Part shown: piece by piece, positions 38,841-53,010 of the stretch
Numbering within the stretch: the first letter of the stretch is position 1
How the letters are laid out: each line of letters starts with the position of its first letter
NCBI GenBank assembly: GCA_050084515.1
Contig: CM114271.1
Span: 33,046,001 to 33,110,000, forward strand
Length of the DNA: 64,000 bases
From: Blasia pusilla
Lineage: Eukaryota
Reading direction: 5' to 3'
Position numbers and translations under genes: made by a program
Notes under the pieces: model-generated
Told to the model about the DNA's origin: nothing
What the model saw: only the letters and a program-made list of their open reading frames with translations
The model's database searches: none

Positions 38841-41649
38841 TTTAAGGAAGTGCGTAGAAAAAAGAGAAGTGGTCTAAAGCTAGATTTAGTCAAGAAGAAG
38901 ATATGGAGGCAACTGAGATAGATGAGGATGATGCACATGTGTGGCAAGTGTTATCTCAAGAACAAGGTGGCGTAGAGGATGTTCTAGCCTTCAAAGAGAA
39001 TTTGTATGAGGGCAAGTTAAAATAAATTGGGCGCTATTTAAGCACTCTGCAAAGAGACGGAGGGTGGACAGACAAGTTCTTCAAGGAGATTCGGCATAAG
39101 GCGTATGGCTATCTATTAGAAGATGGATATCTTTGGAAAAGACCAAAGAAGAAAGATGGAATGCCCTTGAGGGTGATGGATGACAATGGGACAAAAATGC
39201 AAGTGCTCAAAGAATTCCACAATTCTTTATGGGCAGGACATAGAGGTACTTGGGCAACTTTCACCAAGATAAAAGAGAGGTATTGGTGGAAAGGCATGTA
39301 CAAGGATGTTGAGAGATATGTTGGGTCATGTGTTGAAGGTCACTTTCAATAAAAAATCATGGTGAGAGATGGACTTAAATCCATGTATCCTTTTTCTATT
39401 CATCATCAATAGGTTATAGATCTAGTTGCTATGCCACTAGGTCTTTGGGGAATGCGCTACCTGATCCTAGCACGAGAAGAGTTGGCCAACTTCGTAGAAT
39501 GGAGGGTTTTACAAACTAAAACAATAGAGCCTATATGTCGTTTTATTCTAGAGGATATAGTTGCTCGATATGGGAGTATTGGGAGAATCCGTGCAGATAG
39601 AGGAGAGTTGAATACGGAGGAAGCACGATAGTTCTTCAAGAGGTATGGAGTCTAGCTGAGATTAACAACCTCCATGAATTCGAAGGCAAACGGCAAGAGC
39701 GAAAGGGGACATCAACCAATCATTCAAGCATTGGTGAAGGCGTGTGGAGAACGTTATGCTGATTGGCCTAGATTGCTTCCATTTGCTTTATGGAAAATAG
39801 AACCACTCACATTACCGTTACAGTGTTCATGCCTACAGAGTTGATGGCAGGTCAAAAGTAATGCCAGCAAAAAGAGATATTCCCACTTGGATGGGTTTGC
39901 CATAGGAAGACGCGCTTGATAGGGAAGAGCTCCTAGCATTTCGAATGTAGCAGCTAGAGAGGCGGGAAGAAGATGTTGTAGAAGCATTAGTCAAAATGAA
40001 GAAAGCAAGGTTGAAAAATAAGGAGCGCTTCGACAAAACTCATCGACTTCGAAAAGAGCCTATAAGAGAAGGAGATTGGATCTTGGTGCACGACAATAGC
40101 CTCGACAACTAGCATAGTACAATTAAGAAGTTTGCACATCGTTGATTTGGTCCATACGTTGTAGTCTTTGCTTTTGACAATGCCACTTACGAACTACGTG
40201 AACTAGATGGCACAATTCTCAAGCTGCCCATTGCTGGAAAAAGGGTCAAGATTTTTCGTAAACGTGAAGGATTTCTTGATTTCGATTCAATGTGTCTAGA
40301 GGCACAACAAAAATAAGTGTGAGTAAAATAACAAGAAGTCTCGATATTTTCGGCACATACTAGAGGATGTGCAGGTTTGGAGGGGTTGAATGTCGTATAG
40401 TAAAATCACCTACTATGTAAACTCCTCTATCACTAAGTGTTAAAGAGAGTTCTAATAGTATTAAGTAAATTAGCCTAGGAAAATGAAATTCTCATGTTCA
40501 AACCTCTTTAGGATGAATCATTTGCGCGGGCCCAACTTTAGGAAAAGAGGTAATAAATAAAAGATGGGATTAGAAAAGTAAAGTAATGGGATTGGTGCTT
40601 TAATAAAACAAAAGCAAAAGTAGTCTTGGTTGGTGGGGAAGTTTGGAAGATATGAAGGGAGTAAAAGAGGATATTTTGGAAGAGATAAGAGGTAATCTAC
40701 TTATGTCAAAATGTGATTGACTAAGCCTTGAGAGGAAGCCATGTGGCACAAGATAAGATTAGCCCTATTTCGTACTTTTGTGGATCCCTTGTGAGTATAT
40801 AAAGAGGAGGGACCTTAAAGGGTTCATCACCTTCTACTTCATATCTTGAGTCTCTCGTGTCACTCTTGAGTCTATAGCTTTGGGATTGCTTGCTCTCCAA
40901 TGAGAGTGGATTACCCCTCTTGGGAGAGTAACTTGACGTTGGTCTATTCTTCGAGAGTTTTCTAGAGTGTGGTATGCGTGGAGATGAGAGACTTATCACC
41001 TTAGATGAATTTAGTCATATTAGAAATAGAGGATGGTTTGGCTTTTTTTTTCCCAATGAGAGTGGGATTACCCTTATTAGAAGAGCAACTCCGCGAAATC
41101 TCATTCTAGAGGAGAGTAGAGGATGTTTGTGAAGTATGGATAGGGATTGTGCCGGATTTTCCTTTCCTTAACCCATACCACATCAAGATCCTCTTTATAG
41201 ATAGGCACTGGTTTACTCGCTATCTAGTTTATCACTTTGGGGACGCGTTCATGAACCAAGTCATGCAATCTCCAACTCCGATGATTCTTCCTAGAGTCAC
41301 GTACGGAAGGATATGGGATTGCACTTTATATGTTCTTATATAGCTATCTATGGACGTCAATAGGCCTCTTCGAGTAGGGTTTAATAATAGTTGTGCTATT
41401 TTTCTTGTGTACAAATGTAAGGTAATTTACAGTGATTTTATAGTTAGGAATTTGGGGGTTCCATGTTATGAAGAAGTGATCGCCTCGGCACTACCGTTTT
41501 TGATTCTTGTAGTGAGAGAATGGAGAGTTAACATAATAATTCTGTACTGAAAAAGGAGAAATTCTTATAGAGTTATTCGACTTGCATCAATCACTTATAC
41601 TGCAACTAGAAGGTCCGCCCTTACTTGAAGAAAGGCTCTCGATACGACA
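38841..41649 (+). mobile_element. 3' half of a Ty3/Gypsy element: integrase, PPT and complete 3' LTR (40391-41649)
   Basis: H2C2 region EFHNSLWAGHRGTWATFTKIKERYWWKGMYKDVERYVGSC. Core ILEDIVARYGSIGRIRADRGE. GPY-like motif near 40150. PPT GGAGGGGTTGAA. LTR bounded by 8-bp inverted ends TGTCGTAT (40391) and ATACGACA (41649). Confidence 0.9.
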
Positions 41650-43335
41650 GCGTGCCATCTTGGCATCAACTCCTCATCACTCTCACTATGCCAACGAGAT
41701 TCCATCGCATCTCTCTAACTCAAGCATGGCTTACGGCTCAAACCATCTACATCTTGGTTGAGCGTCCCAAGTCTATGCACCACCTGAAAGTCATACTCCT
41801 GCAACAAAAGAGCCCACATTGCAAGCTTCCTTGTAAGCATCTCAGACTCCATCAACCACTTAACTGGCTGATGATCAATAATGATGGTAAAGGGGTTGCC
41901 GAAAAGATAACAACTGAAATGTGCGATAGCCCACACCACAGCCAAGCACTCACCCTCATATGGGCTATACTTTGCCTATGCTGCGTTGTTCAAGCGACTA
42001 GCATAAGCCACCACAAACTCTCTACCATCATCGTCATGTTAGGTGAGCATAGCTCGAAGCCCCAACATGCTCCAATCGGTATGCAACTGGAAAGGACGCC
42101 CCCTGATTAGTCTCCTAAATGTGGGCATGGACGTCAATCTATCCTTGAGCAGTTGAAATGCTCTCTCCTGCTCATCCCCCCAGTGTCACTCTTGACTCAC
42201 CTTGGTCAGCAAGGTTAGCGGCTTCGCAATCAAACTGAAACCATTGACGTACCGTCGATAGAAGTTTGCTAATCCCATTAATGCACGAACTCGACTCACA
42301 TCTATAAGGCGTGGAATACGTGATATAGCCTCTTTCTTTATTTGCTACACACCAAGGCCCCCTGGGTATATCGTATGACCCATTTACTCAATCTGGTTGT
42401 AGAAGAACTTGCACTTGCCTCGATGTACCTTCAGCCCATGTAACTGCAATTTTTGAAACACCTCCTCTAGATGTCGCTCATGCTCCTCAACCACGGCGCT
42501 AAAGACCACGATATCATCAATATATATAACACCTAGCAAAATCCATACCTCCCAAGGTCCTATCCATGATTTCTCTGAAACTCAACCGGTTCTTACCAAC
42601 CCGAATGGTAAAAACCGCCACTGGTACAAACAATCCTTCCCGTGAGGAATGATGCCCCAAAATGCGGTCGTCTGCATGTACTCCAATCTGATAGGTAGCT
42701 GATGGTATTTGGCTCGAAGATCTAGCGAACTGAAGACCTTTGCATGCCCAATAGCATCAAAGATCTACTTAGGGGCGAGCTTAGGGGTGGGCATGGCATA
42801 CTTATCGGAGTTTGTCAGCCAACTAATAGGTCGGTAATCTCCACACATCCGCCTATCCGTCCAGTTGCCATGCACATCCCTCTTGGCGGTATGACTGTGG
42901 CAGATGCAAATTCTCCATGCGACATCTCCACTAGTCATGCTCCAACCAAGTCCTGGCTCATACTATGAATCAGAGCCCTCTCCATATCACTATACTTGTA
43001 CGGTCGTCGGAAGATCGGCATGTCTCTCGCCAACTCAATGCGGATCCTTGGACCCTTGAGCATACCCAAATCATGCATGCTAAATGCAAAACACCTCCTA
43101 TAACTCCTAAGGAACTGGTGTATTCGGTGTCGGTCTCCTCTTGTCAACTTAGGGCCCATATCTGGCTCCCAAGTCTCAATTGTGACAGCGGTAGGACTCT
43201 GTAGCACATGTGTTGGTGTTTGCTACGGTGCAACCCCGTCTCAAAAAATAGAACTCGGCTGCTCCTCTACAGCCAACTGCAAACTCTGATCTCCACGTGC
43301 AGTACTGAGAACCACGCTCGATGATGTGGCTACCA
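41650..43335 (-). mobile_element. Ty3/Gypsy RT-RNaseH remnant (green-lineage GNWTDRRMCGDYR type)
   Basis: FLRSYRRCFAFSMHDLG..PIFRRPYKYS, AKRDVHGNWTDRRMCGDYR, VIYIDDIVVFS (about 42500-42533), and RNaseH AVVWAIAHFSCYLFGNPFTIIIDHQPVKWL..LQEYDF..DGLSR. Confidence 0.92.
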
Positions 43336-43434
43336 TCTCATGGCGTACTTGCAAAACATCCCAAGAAGTCCAAGGGTGTCTCTCCCGATCACCCCTGGTA
43401 CCGGTGTCAATTTTTTTTCAATCGAACCTTCCAA

Positions 43435-44325
43435 TGAAAATTGACAGGGACTTTTGTAAAGACCTTCAATCTCCTATCCTACAAGAAATTTGGCAGCGCT
43501 TCCGTGTTGATTTCTCCCAACGGAAATTTTGAACATGTAAAATCAGAAATCAAAGAGGTACATGGTGCTCCATAGAGCACGGGCATGGGGCAATCTGCCC
43601 CCATACTCAATCTCTAAAGAAATTTGGGCAATGCTTCCGCGAGCCTCTTATCCACACAAAAAATTGGCAAAGCATCAGTAAAATCAAGCGACTCTTGCTC
43701 CGGTGAGCACTCCCATGAGTTGTTGAACGGGGCACAAGGTCCCCAACCTACATCAACAGCGAATGATTTGTAAGCTCCTGTATTGAAACTCTCTCACTCC
43801 GTCATTCTCTCTTTGTAAATCAAGTAGATCTCACATCAATATCTCACACCAAACTCTCCATGGTGTGCACTCTCTCTCATGTCAAACCAAATCCACTCTC
43901 CTAATGAGAGGCTTGGGTTACACAGAAAAGGTAAGCAAGACCATAGCTTCGTCGCCTCATGCCAAGAGGTTTAACAAAGAGAGAATGAACTCTCAAGCTC
44001 TCTCTCTTGGAGGTATACCCCCTCCCCTCTCCCAAACTCTCTCCTTGATAACCTATGCTCGCAGGTCACCTCCTTGGCTCTTGACCTGTTGTAGCGGGTC
44101 AAGGGCCACTTCTAAAAGTGGAAAGTCAACTATATTCCAAATAGAAACTTACTCGAAATATTGAGTTTCTCTATATGGCTCCAGAGGAGCCGAAATGAAG
44201 GGGAAACATGCTCTCCGATTATCCGTGGCCTCGACAGGTCATCCTCGATCTCTTGAGGCTGTCCTCCAGCATCTCCAAAGACGCTCTACTAGATCTGGCC
44301 AATCTATCCTAAAAGTCGTGAGACA
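43435..44325 (+). repeat. Family A LTR (5' end unclear, 3' end ...GTCGTGAGACA)
   Basis: Co-linear with 51088-51983 over about 0.9 kb. Confidence 0.8.
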
Positions 44326-45949
44326 CATTTGATATCCCTTGACACCTATAAAAAAGTCTTGAAATAGTCCTAGTACTCCTAGCGACAATGATATTTTTCC
44401 CAATCTCTTAATAGAATTTACTGTAGTCTCTTCAATAGATGTTAACTCTAAGTTGCGTGTATGATGCAACAGGAAATGTTTCGTCTTAACGAACCTAGGA
44501 TCGAGGAGAAGCAGAGATAGGTCTGCATGCCTGCACCCATCGGAAAATACACATAGGAACCCTAATACCTCCTCTATTCAAGTTAGAGGAGGAAAAGGCC
44601 ATTTAGAGGATCTCTTCGATAGAAAGGGTGAGGAGGAGGAGTAGGACCCAATGGATGAGGAGATTCACCTTAGAGAGCATCTAGAGACTTCAAGGTAAAG
44701 TAGGAGGTCCTTGCTAAATAGTCGTCCAGATTGACACACGATATCTATCTGAAAAAAAAAAAAAAAAAAAGGCGGCGCCGCACGAGATTACACGGAACCA
44801 ACCCTATTAGGGCCATAACCAAGAGTGGACTGACGCGATCTACAATACCCATTGAGATATCTTCGGGAATTGAACTCCAATACAACCGTTTAAGCAAGAC
44901 ACATTGGATGCACACAAACATTGTAGGTAGGACTAGCAATACTGGTCTCGATGGCAGACACCACAATCGGTTTTTGAGAAAATTTTGATCTCATATATAA
45001 AGGTTACAACTTTCTTTCATCATTCGACTCGTTGAATTAAAATGTCGCATCAATTGAATGGAAATATTTTTGCACGTATGAAATTAATCCTGAAATTTGG
45101 AAAAAAAAAAGTTGCGGACCTTTCGTGAATTTCATTGCGAGCCTTTTGCAAATCAAACTCAAAATACTCTTTTCAAGTCCATCGAAACCCAATTACGAAT
45201 AAACTATGATTGATATACGAGTGTAAGACAACAAAACTTTTGAGTTGTGTTGAAGTTGTAATTAGCGAGTCACATTCTCGAGTTTGCGAGTCGAGTGTGG
45301 TTGTACCACGAATATGTTGCGACTTAGGTGCAATTCCCATGACTTGCAAAGAGGTTGAAAATGTAGGAGTGCCAAAAAATGAAATTTGTCACTTTGTGCA
45401 AATTGCTCCAAAAAGTTCTTATGGAAAAGAAAAAAAATACACCCATGCCAACTATAGAGATTTTCCAAGCAAGCTTCAAGCATGAATTTTTTAAGATCAT
45501 TGAGATTCATACAAGCCAAGCCTGTAATATACCTATCCGAATTTTGTTCATTTATTTGTATGACCCAATAAGAAAGTATATTGGCTCCATGTTTTTCCAA
45601 AGGGGACACTAGGACCGGTAGGAGGAGCACAAAGTGATTTCATCACACGAATAGAGAAAATGGATGAGAGAGAGGTTGGGTTCCATGTTCATGGATCCAC
45701 AACATGGTGGATTCATGAATTTGGAGTTGCACAAGAACCTGATAAGACTCCAAAGGTGTTATATAATGGTAGCAATGGTTAAGATCAATTTGTGTGCTAA
45801 TCTAAACCATAAAGAGTGATAAAACCTAAGTCTGAAGATATGGGAAGGTCGTAATTCAGATGACTATTAGATTCACGTGCCGATTTTGGGGGCGAAGGAG
45901 TGGTTTAAAAAACAATGGGGTTGAACGAGCAAATTTAACATTGAAGAGG

Positions 45950-47560
45950 CGGTTTAGCGACGCTTGTGTGGAAGGAGAGCGAGACTGCCAGTGAGTCGAT
46001 TGGGATGCACAGATGCTGGCCATGTCGCCCCGGGGCATAAGTGGATGCGGTATGCTGCCAGATGTACACGTGCATAGAATGGCCATGTGACATTGCGAAC
46101 ATGTCGTCCTTGTGGTCGGCGTTTTGCGTTGCTAGTTACTGCTGTGTGTGCACATGCATATCTGACGGCGTTTCTAGTGGTCAGACGGACAGACAGACTA
46201 CGGAAGGCGAGCTGCTGGATCACCTGCGACGGAGGGAACCATATTTGGAGTATTAGGGACGCTGATCGGGCTGGCTTTGTAAGTTCAACGAATGAACGAG
46301 GTTGCTTGCGGCATTTTAGTATTATTATTATTAATTCTCCCCCAAAGAAGAGGGAATCCCGATTATAACAACACCCTGGAATCGGGTGTCGCAGCTATGC
46401 GTGCCCTGCTCGTCAATCGAATAGCGCGTGGCCGGCTCGCTCGCTCGCGTAATTAATTAATTGTTGCTCTATTTGGGGTATATATATATAGATCCAATGC
46501 CGAGCTGTCCCCAGGAACCTGGAGAGATTCATCCGTAGCAGGACGAGGACTTACTTACCAATGCATCATAGTCGTTTGGTTTCGTTCGCGTGGACGCCGG
46601 GCTGCAGGAGTCTTTGCCCGCTCGAACATGGCCCACAACGCCCACGGGGCGAACCTGGCACTTCACATGACCCCGCCATGGCGCGTCTCTCCCGCTGGCA
46701 CCGATGGCGGTTGCCTCGCCAAGGACAGACAGGACTACGACCGCGACTATCTTTCCAGGGAGCCTCGCGCCTATTCATCCAAAACCCGAGTTCCAGTTAG
46801 CTAATCCCGAGCCCTCTCCTGTGAAGTGAGAATAAAACCTTTTACGTTCTCTCTCCTGACGCGTAGGACAATGGCCCGACTCCTCCCGGCCTGCCCCTTC
46901 TAGTCAGCTGGTCGTGTATTCTAATCTGGATGAGAAATCCACTTTTGCCCAAACGCCCCTCTCCGCCTGACTGGACTCTCGCTCTCCGAGACCTGATCCG
47001 ATGACGAATATGCGCGAGGCCAGGAGCCACCGCGAGCAAGGAACCATTGTAGCACCCACGAAAACGATGGCATGAGGTCACCCATCACAACGTCGCCCGC
47101 CGCATGTGTGTGCGCTTCGGCTGCGTTTTCGTCCCGCATTGTACCAGTGTGGATGTGCGGGCGGTGCGAAGCAAGCAATCCATCGATTCCATCCACGCTC
47201 GAGCTTATCATGTGTACCTCCTCGTCGCCACCGGCGTCAAGACTCAAGATACGAGATAATCGAGATTCTTTCGATTTGAACTCTTCATCTTTCGCTCGAC
47301 CCTTTCCGACCTCCCTGCACGTAATCACCCTTAAATTCCACGCAGTTAATCATCGGCCCATTTGAAAAATGGGTACGTCGTCGATGGGTCGGGGTGAACG
47401 AACGAAGGATGGCTTCGGACCCAGAAAACAAGCGTTATGATGATTGGATGTGGGCGTGGCCGGTGGATGTGAGCGGTCTACTTGTACCGTACGACGACGA
47501 CGACGGCGACAATGAAGAGGGGTAGGAAGAGATATCGTGTTTAAGCAGCCAGCCAGTAGT
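45950..47560 (-). other. Candidate spliced transcript of unknown coding status in a CpG-rich island
   Basis: Canonical intron 46558-46224 (TG|GTAAGT...CTAAT...TCCCTCCGTCGCAG|G). CT-rich leader near 47480-47530. Only short unrecognised ORFs. Confidence 0.3.
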
Positions 47561-50534
47561 GGCACTGTGGTGGCACTGTAGTGTGCTGCTAAGGTGATCG
47601 GCTGCCAGATTCATTAGCGCCGCGGCTTTATTGTCACATCTGCTAATCAGCTGTCCCTGGGACTCCCACGTTCAGGCAGATTTCGGCCCATAGCGATAAG
47701 AAGGCATCTCCTTCCGCACGTAAGGTAATTCGAATCTCCAGAGCAACATGCCAAATTTAGACCGGCTTAACGAGGGTTAATTTAAGAATTACTCCGACGT
47801 AGTTTACTTACTCCGTAGGGGAACCATGCTGTACGCGTACCGTTGTCGCAGGATTAACGGTAACTTTCTCAGTGCGTGTGGGGTCAGGCGGACGGACAGA
47901 CGACGGCGTCCCCCTCGGTTACCTGCGGTTAGTGGGCACGAAGTCGGGTTGCGCGTGTCGGTTCCGAGCCGGGAGATCCCGTGCTGCTGTCGTGACAGTC
48001 GTGGCCTTCACCTGTGTCCTGCTTCATACAGAAACATCACGTTAACAATTCGACGAATGATCCATTCAAACGAGTTTCCTTGATTTATAGTTTTGAAAAA
48101 AATTTATCCAGAGTGATAAGTCTTCTATCATTATCGCGAACCCTTCCAAAGGGGAAATTAATTATCATACACACTTAGAGGGCACGTGGATAGGTTAAAC
48201 GGAGAGAAAAAAGAGAGCTTTCGGGGACCCTAACTAATAATGAAAATGACATGGCCACTTCTAAGTTGTCGCCCAAAGGAGGGGAACGTTTGGATACACT
48301 AATCACGTATCTTTTTTGGAATAGAAGATTGGGTTGATGTCAAATTTCCAGAAAATTAATTTAAACATTCAAAAAGAGTAGGAGAAACACTCGACGCGTG
48401 AAACGCTTAACAGTGATCAATAGTTAGTTACATGTGATGACCAGACCGGTCCCTCATGGGTTTCCATACTTCGTGCTCGATGGAACCCAACATTCAGACA
48501 AATGAGCTAATTTACACTCTAATGGTTCTCGTCTTACTTCGTTATGGTGGACCACATAAATTTAAATGCTAATCGGAGGATGTTAACCAGACAATGACTT
48601 TCTACGCGTTTCACTGGATTTCTTTCAAAAATAATTTTGTCATTTTAAAGGGGTCGTATAAAAATTGGTAGGGAGAGTTACGTTTAAACATTAGTGGCGA
48701 CTAGTAATTGTAAGGGGAGGTCTCATAAAGGATTTATGTCACTGGACATAATTCTGGGACGGTACCTGTTTCGGGGTTCCAGGTCGTACTACGGACTTAC
48801 CCTGTTTGAAAGAGGCCTTCGTCCTCTCCATAGTCCGGGGAGTTTTTTCACGAGAACCGGTGCTCCAGAGCCCGGACCGGTAAATTTAGATTTCCATCCG
48901 GCTTTTCAGATACATTTACAAAGAAATCCCCCTGAACTTGCCGGTTTTTTCCCGACGAGTTTGGATTGAATCGGAAAATTTTGATTTTAGCCGGCTACGA
49001 TTACCCGTAACCCCAGATCTCCCCGTTCATTGGTCCTCTCACCAAAAAAAATTTTGATCAAATACATGTGTACTCGACGATGGGAGCTCGAAATGAATGC
49101 ACATATTGGAAGGTTTATTTGAAACCCTAATGCAACACTATATAAGCCCTTGCCCCATGGATGACAATATGTCGAACACTTCCAAGGCTGGAACTGGCCT
49201 CTTCGCGTTTCAAACCATCAAATAATCCAGTGGACATGGGCCCAGGGGGAAAGATGTCCACTCTAAATTAAGTAATTCATGGCGCGGCTATGCGGCTTAC
49301 CATGAAAAATACGATGAGAGCACATAACATAACACATCAAATGCTGACCATAAAATTTATTTACTTAGCGTATTTGATTCGTCCAAATGCGTGACTAAGC
49401 AAACGATAAGTGGAAGAGAACTTGGGAAAGTGCTTATTATAAATCGGGGTGTTAAAGCTCTTAAGCTTATTTATCGACAATCAAGCACTTGCAAAATCCT
49501 ATGGAGTAGTGTAGTGTGTGTGCAATGTGAGAAATATACGACACATGAAGATGAAGTATTTGATTTAAAGAAACATTCTTATTACAATTTTGAATTAAAA
49601 TAAGAATATTACTCGCATGCGATTCTATGAATTTCTATCAAAACCAGGAATGAATTCCATATGTTTTCATTTTCCTCGCTCACAATAATGAGAAGTAAAA
49701 CCGTGGAAATGAAATACTGATTGAAGTCCTTCCCTTCCACGTCCTAAATTACTCTCGTGCCTCTCCCACGTGTCTCCAATCCGACCTTCATCACGAGGCT
49801 TCGTCGGATTATAAATAACTATAAACTAAATAAAAGGCGTCCCCATCATCCTCATCCGTGCTCTTCCAAAAACACACAGAAAGAAATAAAATAAAATAAA
49901 CAAACAAACACCCAAATGGAGGAAAAGAAAAACGGGGAGTAAAGGTGGGGTGCGTGGGGAAGGCCTTTTGGAGAGTCCCTCATTTGGAAGGGTGGAAAGG
50001 AAGGAAGCCCATAAGTTCTTATCAACAAAAAGCTCACCAACTAGACATAATTGGAAGGGGACGAGATTCGATTTTGGGAGCACTATGAGAATGATTCGTA
50101 GAGGGGAAATCACGTGCACTCTTTTTCCGATTTGACTTGGGGAATGGAAGAGGATGAAATGGACTCATTGTGGGCACCTTCTAATGATTGAGTTGATTGA
50201 TGACAAAGAATCACCACCATTATTCTACACCACTCTATCCATCCTATTTGCTGCTTCCATTCTAATTTCTTTGCTTTTCTTCATGGAGTGTGTGTACTAG
50301 AAAGTCTAAGGTAGAAAATGACAATTCTCTTGAAGTGATATCGAGTGGATGGACGGAATCCAACCTCAATCCATGACTTTTCAGGGAAAAATATAATAGG
50401 TGAGGAACAAGAGTTTTTTGGGGTCACTCTTGAATTCCTCTTTTATATTAACTATAGAGAATTCCTTATATGATCTTCACAAGTGACACATTAGAGGTCT
50501 TTTTTCTATCTTCCCTACATGGATATGATGGGAT

Positions 50535-50558
50535 GAGAGAGAGAGAGAGAGAGAGAGA
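50535..50558. repeat. (GA)12 microsatellite
   Basis: Directly visible. Confidence 0.9.
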
Positions 50559-50974
50559 TATGGAAATAGGAAGAAAAGGACATCAAATTATGTGTATGCT
50601 CCCGTGTGCGGGTGTATACATAACAAGATGGGGAATGAATTAAAGAGCAAAAAGTATTATGTGAGTTCTATGTGATGATAGTGATTTTGTTTGGTGATTA
50701 GAGGACAAACTCAATATTTCTCTTAGAAGAAATAGTTTCCATTATGATCTTCTCCTTTGCATAACCTTTGAGAAAAGGTTTTCTTGGCTCTTTCTTTGTA
50801 GTTTTTTGTTGATGTGTTTGACTCCTTGATGGTTATCTTGACGGGCTTTTCTCTCACCACTTTATTTATACATGGGTGGTTTCTTCTCTTTCTTTTGAAT
50901 GGTGTAAATCATCACATGAAATTGAATTGGTAATGTCTATAATGGGAGGATTCCTTGGAGGAGTGACAGAGTGC

Positions 50975-51983
50975 TGTCGTGCGCATACACATCGCTACAC
51001 AACATACATCGCTGTCAGCGAACACGCACGATCCCATGCTAACTCATGGCATCCAAAAAATGAGACAAGAAGTATCAAAATATCTCCAATTGACGGGGAC
51101 TGTCGTAAAGCCCAATGTCTCTTTTTCCTACATAAAATTCGGTAGCGCTTCCGCGCTGATTTTTCCCAACGAAAATGTAAAACCTGTGGGAACACAAATC
51201 AGCAAGCTACATGGTGCTCCCGAGAGCATCGGCATGGAGCAATCTGCCCCCATACTCAATTCCTATAAAAAAATTGGGCAGCGCTTCCGCGTACCACTCT
51301 CGTGTACAAAAAATCAGCAAAGCAAAACAGCAAACTCGCATGGCTCTTGCTCCGTGAGCACTCCCAAGAGCCATGAAGCGGGGAACACAGTCCCCCAACC
51401 TGCACCAAACATCGAGCAACCAGCGAGCTCCCCCATGAAGCTCTCTCACTCACTCATTCTCTCTTTGTAAAATAAGATCCAATCTCTCTCACAACACCAT
51501 AGTTCTCACATGTGTGCACTCTCACATGTCTCTCTCAATATCAAACCAAAGCCACTCTCCTAATGAGAGGCTTGGGTTACACACACAAGGCAAGCAAGAC
51601 CATAGCTCCGCCGCCTCATGCCAAGAGGTTCAACAAAGAGAGAATGAGCTCTCAAGTTCTATCTCCTTGAGGTATACCCCTCCCCTCTCCCAAGCTCTCT
51701 CCATGGTAACCTATGCTCTCAAGTCACCTCCTTGGCTCTTGACCTGATGTAGGAGGTCAATGGATCTCTTACCAAAAATAGAAAATCGATCATATACTCA
51801 AATTGGTACTTGCCTAAAATAGTAAGTTCCTCAATATGGCTCCAAATGAGCGAAAACGAAGGGTTTCGGATCATTTGGTTTCCCAGGGCCTCAGTATGTC
51901 ATCCTCGACCTACTGAGCCTATCCTCCACTACTCACGAAGGCGCTCTACTAGATCTCACCGATCTATCCTAAAAGAGGTGATA
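50975..51983 (+). mobile_element. Family A solo LTR (1009 bp) with 4-bp TSD
   Basis: Starts TGTCGTGCGCATACAC, ends GTGATA (GTGACA with C>T), flanked by GTGC on both sides (50971-50974 and 51984-51987). Confidence 0.82.
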
Positions 51984-53010
51984 GTGCATAGCTTATACAA
52001 ACCTTTGGAGGAGAGTAGTGCAGTGGAATTGAACGATGGTGAATGCACTCTTACTACACTTCCAATTGAATTTAAAAAAGAGTAAAAAAACATACAATAA
52101 AAAAGAACCATGGAGATTCTATCACAAAAGTTGTTTTCGAGTGAGAGTAGGCAGTATAGCCCATCATAGAGTATGACCTCTACTTCTCTTAGCGTTTCTC
52201 CAAAGCACTCTCGACCTTAGCCTTTATAAGCATAAGAATTAAAGTGTGTCCTAAAGACTCAACCGTTTTTGGGTTCGGTGGATAGTCGACAAGTTGCCAC
52301 GCTAATTGGGTCGAGTCTCTTATCTCCCCAAGCATATACAGTCTCTCTAGGAAGCCTCTTCCCCAAGCCTTGACCAATCTTTCAAAGTTGCTCGCTTATA
52401 CTAGGGTGCGTCGGTTAAAATCTCATGATGAATCCCCTAGCTCAAACCTAAAACACAGCCAAACACGCATCACAAGTAATTCCTAGTTTAAGCACTTAAG
52501 CGTGTAGAGAGGGAGAGTGTCCCCCCTTATAGATACTTTCTTGTAGGGTTCTTCAAGAAACCTCACCTTCCCTATTTTCCCCTCCTCGGGCCCTCAATTT
52601 TGGACCTAAATCCAAACGTGGTGCATAACCCGTAAATCGGCATTTAACTAGTTATTCATTAAGATAGTTTAGCAGAGGCTTCTTGCAAATTATGCAACTC
52701 TCATATTCCCAAACGCATCTTGGAGATTGGACTTGCATATCATGTGTCTCATGGCTAACACTTATCTTGACTCCCCTTTTGATGTCTTGTGGTTGTCTTG
52801 CGGCCCTTAGCGTTTCGTAACTAGTCTCATGGCGTCTCCCCCATCTTAACTATTCAAATATTCCTTGCTTCTCGTCCTTGACTAAGAACTTAGCTCCAAG
52901 GTCTCAAACCTTCCTTGTCTTTCCTTTATCCCTATGAGTATCTATGCCCCTTTCTTGCCTAGGGCAAGTCACATGCACATCTCACCTAGCGTTAGTCATG
53001 TAGTCAATTC

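Noticed and set aside
45850-47600. Conserved plant miRNA precursors or spliceosomal snRNAs
   Set aside because: No match by eye to recalled miR156/160/166/171/319/390/408/529/536 or U1/U2/U6 sequences.
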